A DNA stretch of 64,000 bases from Nitrospirota bacterium (GTDB taxonomy: Bacteria; Nitrospirota; UBA9217), in contig CAVVOB010000019.1 in NCBI GenBank assembly GCA_963749655.1, positions 96,001-160,000 of the forward strand. The letters are read 5' to 3'. Below the pieces are notes generated by a model. The model saw only the letters and a program-made list of their open reading frames with translations, had not been told where the DNA came from and did not search any database. This document shows, in pieces, positions 8,978 through 17,255 of this stretch (its first letter is position 1; every line of letters begins with the position of its first letter). The position numbers and the translations under genes were made by a program.

Positions 8978-9034
8978 AAGTAACACGGAGTTCACACGCC
9001 AGCGAAGCGGTCGGCGTGGAACGACAAGTTATTA
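8978..9034 (-). repeat. attC-like site 6
   Basis: Minus strand TAATAAC TTGTCGTTCCACGCCGACCGCTTCGCTGGCGTGTGAACTCCGT GTTACTT. The upstream gene's stop lies within the R'' box. Confidence 0.8.
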
Positions 9035-9685
9035 CTCATTCTCGATTTCGTTGCGGATGCGTAAGAAAACTTTTGCGATAGCGTCAGAATCGCCTTTTGC
9101 ATCTTTTATATCTGCGAGAAACTCTTTAGAATTGCCTATGTAATAATTGAGCAGCTGGCTGATCAACCGGAGACTGTAGTTCTTATAGCGGTTAAAGCTC
9201 AGAAAGTTGGTCACAAATATCTCTGCGCTAGAATAATCCGATAATGTGGCGCGATCCCCATTTTTAATTTTGGACAAATAGTCTTTTCTAATAGAAATTA
9301 CAGGATCATTCTCCAATACGGAGAGTAGCCGTGCCACTCGCCTATCTTTGAAGTCATAGCAATTGTCCATCGACATCGTAGACCAGCGAAAAGCAAAGTG
9401 AGAGTGGTTTACAAGACAAGAAAGCAAATCGTATTTGTGTTTGCGACCAAGCCAGTTTATCTCAAAAATAACTTGTGGTGTTAGATAAGGATCTTTCTTT
9501 AGATAGTACTTATAGAAGGCTACTAACAGATTCTTTTGATATTTTTTGGTGCATAACTTGCCAATCGTGTAAATGCTATCCTTCCGCATTTGATAATTAT
9601 TGGAGTAGAGCTTTTTATCCAATGCAGTATAAATTCCCTTTCTTTCGAGCAAGGACAACAACCTTTTTCTATCTTGTGCCACCAT
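9032..9685 (-). CDS. Hypothetical protein (possible HEAT-like repeats)
   Basis: AT-rich 217-aa ORF with LENDPVISIR-type segments. Confidence 0.65.
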   Translation of the reverse strand: MVAQDRKRLLSLLERKGIYTALDKKLYSNNYQMRKDSIYTIGKLCTKKYQKNLLVAFYKYYLKKDPYLTPQVIFEINWLGRKHKYDLLSCLVNHSHFAFRWSTMSMDNCYDFKDRRVARLLSVLENDPVISIRKDYLSKIKNGDRATLSDYSSAEIFVTNFLSFNRYKNYSLRLISQLLNYYIGNSKEFLADIKDAKGDSDAIAKVFLRIRNEIENE

Positions 9686-9708
9686 CGCAGGTGATGACCG
9701 GAGATCTC

Positions 9709-10008
9709 TTAAAACCAGAGTGCGTTACTGAACTTTTCTGGCCGACTTCTTGAAATTACCATTTCTATGTGAGAGACTATTTCATCTTGGGATGCAAGAG
9801 AAAAGAGTTCTCTGATAGCGTCGATGTTATGTAAAAAATCAGGCGCGTCACAGTATTTGTTTATGTAATTATCAATAAGATCGACGATTAAGGGATTCAT
9901 TTTTATTCCGGGATAACAAGATGCTAGTTCTTCGGAATACAGTATCATAGACTTGACTGACCGGTCAATGAATTTAGGAAAAAATGTGATGTATGGTATG
10001 GAAATCAT
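9709..10008 (-). CDS. Hypothetical protein
   Basis: AT-rich 99-aa ORF with a GGAAGG RBS. Confidence 0.55.
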   Translation of the reverse strand: MISIPYITFFPKFIDRSVKSMILYSEELASCYPGIKMNPLIVDLIDNYINKYCDAPDFLHNIDAIRELFSLASQDEIVSHIEMVISRSRPEKFSNALWF

Positions 10009-10375
10009 TAACCTTCCAGCAAAAGACTAATATGCAATAGGTGACACATTTATATTATCCTGACTAATATTCAAATTCGGAATAGTCAATTGCTTGAGAA
10101 AGGCATGTCGCCCATCTCGGAAGACATTTAAAACAGTTTGATGCGCATCTGGAGGAGGCGGTTCCCGTCGTGCTGTGCGTCGAAGATCTATTCCGCATTG
10201 CGTGCCAAGCAAGAACCACGGGGAACTGAAGTGCCTGCAGTATTTCTCAAACTCAAACCGATCGTTGTCGTATGCAGCCCTCTCTTCTGAATTCGCTCCT
10301 GCAAAAGCGAGTGCGCCAAGGTAAAATCAATGATACAATGCTTTAAAAGATAATGAGCTAGGCAGGAGTATAACG

Positions 10376-10801
10376 ATGGAAAAACAACCGATCAAGCAGC
10401 CCATTGACGGCATTCTCGACCTGCACACCTTCCGGCCGGAAGAGGTGAAGGACCTGGTGCCGGAGTACCTTTTGGAATGCATGATGCGCGGCGTTTTCGA
10501 GGTCCGCGTCATTCATGGAAAAGGAATCGGCACGCTCAAAGCGACGGTGAGGTCCGTTCTGGAGAAACTGCCTTATGTGGAATCGATCAGAACTGCTGAT
10601 GAAACAGAGGGCGGATGGGGGGCGACGATCGTAACATTGAGAAAGATGACGGCGGTCTGCAACTGCCCGTGCCACGCCTCGCCGCACATCATCCATCCTG
10701 TTCCATGCTGCATGACCTGTCCGCACTGCAAACAGAACATCTCGAAATACTTTTACGAAGCACACGTTAAGGCCTGCGCAAAAAAGAAAACGGCAGGGTA
10801 A
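10376..10801 (+). CDS. Smr-domain protein with Cys/His-rich C-terminal extension
   Basis: LDLHTF...VRVIHGKGIGTL...GGWGATIV. Confidence 0.85.
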   Translation: MEKQPIKQPIDGILDLHTFRPEEVKDLVPEYLLECMMRGVFEVRVIHGKGIGTLKATVRSVLEKLPYVESIRTADETEGGWGATIVTLRKMTAVCNCPCHASPHIIHPVPCCMTCPHCKQNISKYFYEAHVKACAKKKTAG

Positions 10802-10814
10802 ATACCCTGCCGTT
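10789..10814. terminator. Hairpin between convergent genes
   Basis: AACGGCAGGGTA-AA-TACCCTGCCGTT with an A-tract on the left (U-tract for the minus strand). Confidence 0.7.
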
Positions 10815-10843
10815 AATATTATTCCATTCCTGTTATTGCCCGA

Positions 10844-12316
10844 TCAGGTCGTATTCCTCATCGGGATCTTCAGGCGCTGGCCCACGCGGAGCAGCTTCGT
10901 CGACCGGATGTTGTTCGCTTCGAGGATCCGCTGGATGCTCGTCCGGTAGCGCATTGCGATCAGGGACAGGGTCTCGCCTCTCCGGACGCGATGGACCACA
11001 TATTCAACCTTGGGCGGAGACCACTTTGTCATCGTTTCAATTGCAGCGAGAAGGGTCTCCCCTTTTCCGACCGGGACCTTGAGGGCATAGGCCGTATTCG
11101 GCGTTGCTCCGTACCTGAGCTCGGGATTCAGCCCGGCCAGATCTTCGGTATCAACACCCAGTTTGTCAGCAATGCTCTTCAGATGGACCGGACGCTCGAT
11201 CGTCACGGTATCGAAGCTCACAGGGCTGTCCGGCTGTTCAAGCGTGAACCCGTATTTTGCCGGGTCCTTCACGATAGCCAGCACCGCCAGGAAACGGGGG
11301 AAATAGCGGGCCGTCTCACGGGGGAGCCGTTCGTAGAAGTCCCAGAAATTGTCGAGGTAATTGATCTTCTGGTTCCTGATCACGCGCGCGACAGAGCCTT
11401 CGCCGCAGTTATAGGCCGCAAGAACGGTGGCCCAGTCGCCGAACATCGAGTGGAGCTCCTTCATATAGGCAATGGCGCCGTCGGTCGCCTTGTCCGGGTC
11501 CAGCCTTTCATCGATCCAGGCGTTCCTCTTCAAGCCGAACTTGTATCCTGTGGAAGGAATGAACTGCCAGAGCCCGAGCGCGCGCGAACGCGACAATGCC
11601 CGCACCTTGTACCCGCTTTCGATGAGCGGCAGCCACGAAAGCTCCTCGGGAAGGCCGGCTTCTTTCAACGCCTTTACCATGGCCCCGCGGTATCTGCCCG
11701 ACCGTTTGTAGGATTCCACGAAGAAATCGTATTCCACCGTCTGGAAGGACTGGATCTCCCGCTGCACATGATCGTTCATGGTCATCGGGATTGCCGTGTA
11801 GGTTCCGTCGACCGACGTCTTTCGCGAAGCGTACATCTCCATGATGCGCTTGGAGATCACGAACCTGAGGTCTTCCTTCTGCTGGGCGATCTTGGGATTG
11901 CTCCCTTCGGTCTTGAGCAGCATGGCATAGGCTTCGTCGAGGGTCTCGATTGCCGAATCCATGTCGCTCTCTTCCCAGTACTCCTGCGCCGTTTCGGTCA
12001 GCTCAAGCGCCGAGTCCAGCAAAGCCTGCTGTTCGTCGTCGATCGATTCTTTCTTGCCGTTCTGGGGGGCTTTATTCGCGCGGGGCGCTGTCGCCGCTTC
12101 TGCTGAAGCCATTTCAGGCTCCTCGGGAGCCGCTGCAAGAGGAGCTGGAGCAGTCTCTTCATCGATGACTGCCGAGGCAGGGGTCGAGGCCTGCAGGCTT
12201 GAAGAGCCGTTTAGTGCGATCGAACCTGCCGGTACATGGGGATGACTGCAGCTGAACAGAAATACGAGGGAAGCAGGAAGAACAAGGGAACCGGATATGC
12301 GATAGAATAGTCTCAT
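10844..12316 (-). CDS. mltD: Lytic murein transglycosylase D-like lipoprotein (SLT + LysM)
   Basis: LIESG, ALGLWQFIPSTG, LAAYNCGEG, ETARY motifs; LysM HRVRRGETLSLIA. Confidence 0.88.
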   Translation of the reverse strand: MRLFYRISGSLVLPASLVFLFSCSHPHVPAGSIALNGSSSLQASTPASAVIDEETAPAPLAAAPEEPEMASAEAATAPRANKAPQNGKKESIDDEQQALLDSALELTETAQEYWEESDMDSAIETLDEAYAMLLKTEGSNPKIAQQKEDLRFVISKRIMEMYASRKTSVDGTYTAIPMTMNDHVQREIQSFQTVEYDFFVESYKRSGRYRGAMVKALKEAGLPEELSWLPLIESGYKVRALSRSRALGLWQFIPSTGYKFGLKRNAWIDERLDPDKATDGAIAYMKELHSMFGDWATVLAAYNCGEGSVARVIRNQKINYLDNFWDFYERLPRETARYFPRFLAVLAIVKDPAKYGFTLEQPDSPVSFDTVTIERPVHLKSIADKLGVDTEDLAGLNPELRYGATPNTAYALKVPVGKGETLLAAIETMTKWSPPKVEYVVHRVRRGETLSLIAMRYRTSIQRILEANNIRSTKLLRVGQRLKIPMRNTT

Positions 12317-12401
12317 AAATTGGTCGCATAATAAACGATAGATGGAAAAAAAGCAAACCTAATTTCGCGAAGAGGCATAATTCTCCCTAGAGCGGGGTTG
12401 A

Positions 12402-12457
12402 GTGGAGCCCACTCCGGCATCCCGACCTGTCGGGACTAAAATTGACGCGACCTCCCG
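12402..12457 (-). repeat. 56-bp structured motif, copy 1 (upstream of mltD-like gene)
   Basis: 55/56 identical to 17007..17062; contains the TCCCGAC-NN-GTCGGGA hairpin. Confidence 0.85.
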
Positions 12458-12523
12458 CCTGCACCCGGCGTTTACGAGCGCGGATGCACGGAGTGCCAGG
12501 TGGAACTGCGGGATAGCGATCAT

Positions 12524-12553
12524 TTGACAAGCAGTTCCATGGCCCGCTATAGT
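12524..12553 (+). promoter_or_regulatory. Sigma70-type promoter for the CAP gene
   Basis: TTGACA-18 bp-TATAGT; inverted repeat TGGAACTGC/GCAGTTCCA flanks the -35. Confidence 0.6.
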
Positions 12554-12616
12554 ATAGTATGTTTGCCGGCGTGTGCGCTGTATTCAAGGTCACATTCTTC
12601 GGGAGCGCTTACTCTG

Positions 12617-13224
12617 ATGTTCGTATCTGAAACAATAAAGCCGATTCCCCCGGTCGCAAGAAGCGCTGCCGTGATCATTGCTGCCGCCTTATTCGTTCTG
12701 GCCTGCGCTGGACCCCGGCCTGAAGTCCGCATGGAAAGCAAAAGCAAACCGCACATCAGCGTTACGGCGCTTGAAAAAAGGGTCCATGAGCTGATCAACA
12801 AGGAACGCAGGAAACAGGGGCTTGTTCAGCTTCGCTGGGACGACGACCTCGCCGGCATCGCGAGAAGTCACAGCAGGGACATGGCTGCGCGGGGCTACTT
12901 CAGCCACAGCTCCCGGAAGGCCATGACATGACCTGGCGGTACAAGCAGGCCGGTTACGAATGCGGGATTACCGTGGGCAGGACGATCTATACCGGCGCCG
13001 AAAACATCGCCCTGAACAACCTCTATAATTCCGTAACCACGATCAACGGGAAGGCCTACTACGACTGGAACTCAATGGAGGGGATAGCCGTCAGCACGGT
13101 CGACGGCTGGATGAAAAGCCCCGGTCACCGGAAGAACATCCTTACCCCTCACTGGAGAAACGAAGGCATCGGGGTCTTCATCGCCCCCGACGACCGGGTT
13201 TATATTACCCAGAATTTCTGCTGA
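12617..13224 (+). CDS. CAP/SCP-domain lipoprotein, frameshifted near 12920
   Basis: LINKER...ARSHSRDMA..YFSH in one frame; AENIA...WMKSPGHRKNIL...GIGV...TQNFC in the next. Confidence 0.85.
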
Positions 13225-13247
13225 AAACGGCTAATTGGCCTTCAAAC

Positions 13248-13275
13248 GTAGGGGCGAACGGCCGTTCGCCCCTGC
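13248..13275. repeat. REP palindrome (GTAG family)
   Basis: GTAGGGGCGAACGGCCGTTCGCCCCTGC. Confidence 0.9.
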
Positions 13276-13286
13276 ATATATCACCC

Positions 13287-13820
13287 CTACGGATTGACAC
13301 GATCGGGATGGTTCTCATCCATTTCCCATTGAATCGGATTGTTTCGGATGTATTCTCTGATCCGGTTCATTTCTTCCGCGTTTCTCACAATATGTTCATA
13401 ATAATTGCGTTGCCATACGGGCGATCGCGGCGTCATCCGCATTTCATTGATCCGTTTTGTGACTGTAGATTTAAAGCCGGCCATGAACGATGACAACGAT
13501 TTCGGTTTCATTCTCGGTAAGGGCGAACTGCCGTTCGCCCCTACGACGTCCGCATGAATCAATACGATCCCATGGACATGGTTCGGCATGACGATAAATT
13601 CGTCCAATTCCATTTCTTTCCGGATCATTGACGACCGGTTCCATTCCTCTGCCACAATCTTCCCGTGTTCATTCAAACTAATGCTGTTGTCAACGACCTT
13701 TCCGAACACACATTCCCGATTCCATGTGCAGAGGGTGAAAAAATAAGCTCCTGATTGGGAATAATCATACAATCCCAGGCGTATTGATCGTCTATTATGC
13801 CTTTCGTGGTTAAAGGTCAT
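13287..13820 (-). mobile_element. REP-associated tyrosine transposase (RAYT, Y1 HUH family)
   Basis: RRSIRL..YDYS..GAYFFTLCT, MPNHVHG (HUH), WQRNYYEHIVR, YIRNNP; flanked by REPs. Confidence 0.93.
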
Positions 13821-13838
13821 GGTATTAAACCATCCGCG

Positions 13839-13866
13839 GTAGGGGCGAACGGCCGTTCGCCCCTAC
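13839..13866. repeat. REP palindrome (GTAG family)
   Basis: Perfect palindrome GTAGGGGCGAACGGCCGTTCGCCCCTAC. Confidence 0.9.
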
Positions 13867-13916
13867 GAAATTGGCGTAAATCAACACAATCACCAAAACA
13901 TTGTTCGATACATCTA

Positions 13917-14300
13917 TCATCCCTTCCACGCAATAAAATCCATCTCCACGGCAACGTCCTTCGGTAGACGCGCAACCCCGACCGTGGCTCGTGCCGGCGG
14001 CTCGGTCGGGAAGTAAGCGCCGTAGACCTCATTCACTGCCGCAAAATCCGCCATGTCCTTCAGATAGATCGTTGACTTAACGACCCTGGCGATGGTGCAT
14101 CCGCTTGCCATCAGGATGGCCTTGGCATTTTCCATGACCCGCTTGGCCTGTACCTTGATGTCGCCTTCGACCACATTCCCCGTCTTCGGATCGATCGGTA
14201 TCTGTCCTGATACGAACACGAAACCGCCTGCTTCCACTGCCTGTGAATAAGGACCGATTGCCTGCGGAGCGTCTGCTGTTTTAATGATTTTCCTGCCCAT
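13917..14300 (-). CDS. ridA: RidA/YjgF enamine deaminase
   Basis: APQAIGPYSQAV, SGQIPIDP, PPARATV..ARLP. Confidence 0.93.
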   Translation of the reverse strand: MGRKIIKTADAPQAIGPYSQAVEAGGFVFVSGQIPIDPKTGNVVEGDIKVQAKRVMENAKAILMASGCTIARVVKSTIYLKDMADFAAVNEVYGAYFPTEPPARATVGVARLPKDVAVEMDFIAWKG

Positions 14301-14426
14301 AAATACCTCCAGTTAATATTTAACTTAAACATTCAACTATTTGACATATATATATTATTTAAACTTAAAGTAAACCTTTATGATGGCGTGTCATTATTCT
14401 GTCATGCCGCCTTGCCATGGATTTGC

Positions 14427-14711
14427 TCAGAATCTGGACCCGGGTCTTTCGGGCTCCCTTTCCCTGCCTTTCTTATGAGTCCTTATTTCCTCCCGATATT
14501 CGGCTGCGACCAGAAACACCGTAACCAGGTATATAGCGATGAACGTAACGGTGACCAGCAGGCCTATGGCGAGGCAGACAAGGAAGGCATGATAAAACCC
14601 TATCCGCTTCCCGAAGAGGCAGCCTGTTACACCCAAGAGGATATAAACGAGCAAGAGTGCCCACAGGACTTGTTTGAGGTCGGAGAACAATGCGCGCAGG
14701 GGGCCGGTCAT
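14427..14711 (-). CDS. Hypothetical membrane protein
   Basis: 94 aa, 2 TM segments, co-oriented between rel and ridA. Confidence 0.5.
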   Translation of the reverse strand: MTGPLRALFSDLKQVLWALLLVYILLGVTGCLFGKRIGFYHAFLVCLAIGLLVTVTFIAIYLVTVFLVAAEYREEIRTHKKGREREPERPGSRF

Positions 14712-14787
14712 AGATTTAGAGAAAGGCGGGCGTCAGGGGGGGGCTCCCCTGCCCGGAAACAGACGACTGGGACTAACGACGGAAATC

Positions 14788-16939
14788 CTACCCCGTCTTC
14801 ACCCTCTTGACGTCGAGAACGCCGTTGATCGTCTCGATATTCTTGATGATCTTGTTCAGGTGGTCGACATTCTTGATGTCGATGGTAAAGTTGAGCGTCG
14901 CCTCGCGGTCCTCGCCGGTGATCGCTTCGGCATGGGTGATGTTCGCTTCGGCCGCGCTGATGGACGAAGACACGCTGGCAAGGAGGCCGGGCTTGTCCTC
15001 GGTCCTGACGGATATCTTGACCGCATGGGCTGCTGTTTGCAGGTCGCCCCATGAGACGTCCACGAGCCGGTCCTTGTCAAAGGTGAGTTCGCCGACATTC
15101 GGACAGTCTGCGGTATGGATCGACACCCCCCGCCCGCGGGTGATGAATCCGATGACGTTGTCGCCGGGCACGGGATTACAGCACTTCGACAGGTGGATGA
15201 GCATGTTGTCCATACCGCTGATCTTCATGCTGCCGCCGGCGGGCTTCGCGGGTTTCTGCAGAGACGGCTTTTTGGGGACCGGCTCGACATGGGCCTTCTC
15301 GGGCGCCAGCTTGTTCGCCACCTGGTGGGCAGACACCTTGCCGTAACCGATGGCCGCCAGAAGATCGTCCAGGGAGTTGTGCGACATCTCCGTGGCTATC
15401 TGGAGCAGTTCTTCGGACTTTCAGGACCTTTGCGGGGCTGAGTTCGTGCTTCCGGAGGTCCTTTTCCAGGAGTTCCTTGCCGAGCAGGATGCTTCTTCTT
15501 CGCTCTTCGACCTTGAGCCATGCCTTGATCCGCGTTCGCGCTTTCGAGGTCTTGACGAACTTGAGCCAGTCACGGCTGGGCGTGTGGCCCGTCTGGGTCG
15601 TGACCTCGACCTTGTCGCCGTTCCTGAGCACGTGCTTGAGCGGCACGATCTTGCCGTTCACCTTGGCGCCGACGCACTGATGTCCGATGTCGGTGTGCAC
15701 CGTATAGGCGAAGTCCACGGGAGTCGATCCCTGGGGCAGCTCCTTGACGTCCCCGCGGGGCGTGAAGACGTAGACCACGTCGGGAAAGAGATCGCCCTTG
15801 ACCGTCTCCATGAACTCCTTGGCATCGGGCACGTCTTTCTGCCACTCCAGGAGCTGCCGGAGCCAGGCAAACTGCTGCTCTTCCCGCTGGCTCATCGCAG
15901 ACCGCTCCTTGTAGCGCCAGTGCGCGGCGATGCCTTCCTCGGCAAGACGGTTCATTTCCTCGGTCCGGATCTGGAATTCAACGCGCTCCCCTTTCGGCCC
16001 GATGACCGTGGTATGGAGGGACTGGTAGAGGTTGGATTTGGGAACGCCGATGAAATCCTTGAACCGTCCCGGCACGGGCGTCCAGAGGGAATGGATGAGG
16101 CCGAGGATGGCGTAGCAGTTTACCTTCGTGTCGGTAATGATGCGGACCGCGATGAGGTCGTAAACGTCGTCGAAGGAGATCCCCTGCTTCTGCATTTTCT
16201 GGTAGATGCTGTAGAAATGCTTCGGCCTCCCCTTCACCTCTCCCGGGTAGCCGTGTTCGGCGAGCTGTCCCTTCACGATCACGATGAGCTCGTTGATATA
16301 GGTTTCCCGTTCGATGCGGCGCTGGGAGACCTTTTTCTCGAGATCGCGGTAGGCCTCGGGGTTGAGGTAGAGAAAGGACAGGTCTTCGAGCTCGGTCTTG
16401 ATCTTCGAAATGCCCATGCGGTTCGCGAGCGGGGCGTAAATGTCGAGGGTTTCCTGGGCTATCCGTTTCTGCTTTTCAGGAGGAAGGTGTTTCAGAGTGC
16501 GCATGTTATGCAGCCGGTCGGCCAGTTTGATCAAGATGACCCTGATGTCCTTGGCCATGGCCACGATCATCTTCCGGAAATTCTCGGCCTCCCGCTGCTC
16601 GCGGCTCTGGAGCTCCATGCGGGACAGCTTGGTCATGCCGTCGACGAGAGCGGCGACCTCGTCTCCGAAGACGGACCGGATCTCCTCGTCGGTTGTTGCA
16701 GTGTCCTCGACCGTGTCGTGCAGCAGTGCGGCCGCTACAGACGCGGCGTCCAGTTTGAGACCGGCGATGATGGCCGCCACCTCGATGGGATGGTTCAGAT
16801 AGGCTTCGCCCGAGAGGCGCGTCTGCCCCTGGTGGACCTTCGCCGAGAAGATATAGGCCCGGCGCAGCAGGTCCACGTCCGCATCGGGATTGTAGGATTG
16901 GATCCGCTCGACTATGTCTTCGAGGCGAACTACGGGCAT
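14788..16939 (-). CDS. rel: Bifunctional (p)ppGpp synthetase/hydrolase Rel/SpoT, one frameshift near 15420
   Basis: HD (LLHDTVED), synthetase (GRPKHFYSIY, YQSLHT, EFQIRT), TGS, CC motif (SKCCNPVPGD) and ACT domains. One extra A in an AAA run splits the ORF. Confidence 0.95.
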
Positions 16940-17006
16940 AAGAAAAACCTCACACCTTTTTACCGCAGAGGTCGCTGAGGACGCAGAGAAAAACTGCAAA
17001 ACGGTT

Positions 17007-17062
17007 GTGGAGCCCCCTCCGGCATCCCGACCTGTCGGGACTAAAATTGACGCGACCTCCCG
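17007..17062 (-). repeat. 56-bp structured motif, copy 2 (upstream of rel)
   Basis: Matches 12402..12457. Confidence 0.85.
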
Positions 17063-17255
17063 GAACTGCGAACTCGCGCTTGCGTGACACGTTGGTGTCA
17101 CGCGCGAGTGAGCGCTTTCCACCCCCGGCAGGAGCCGGGGAATGCCAAGGCGCGGGATTGCCCGGAACAGACTTCTTTCCTCCGCGTTCTCTGCGTTCTC
17201 TGCGTCGAAAAGTCTGCTCTGTTGTTCAACCGTCACCGATCTCAGGATGTCGAAA

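Noticed and set aside
15400-15430. Programmed frameshift or truncated Rel lacking CC/ACT domains
   Set aside because: A single extra A restores a canonical full-length protein, and similar indels occur throughout the window.
10991-16978. Long plus-strand ORFs (10991..12106, 15350..16978) and similar ones at 51273, 60438 and 62075
   Set aside because: They are antisense shadows of well-supported minus-strand genes in GC-rich DNA and have no recognisable motifs.
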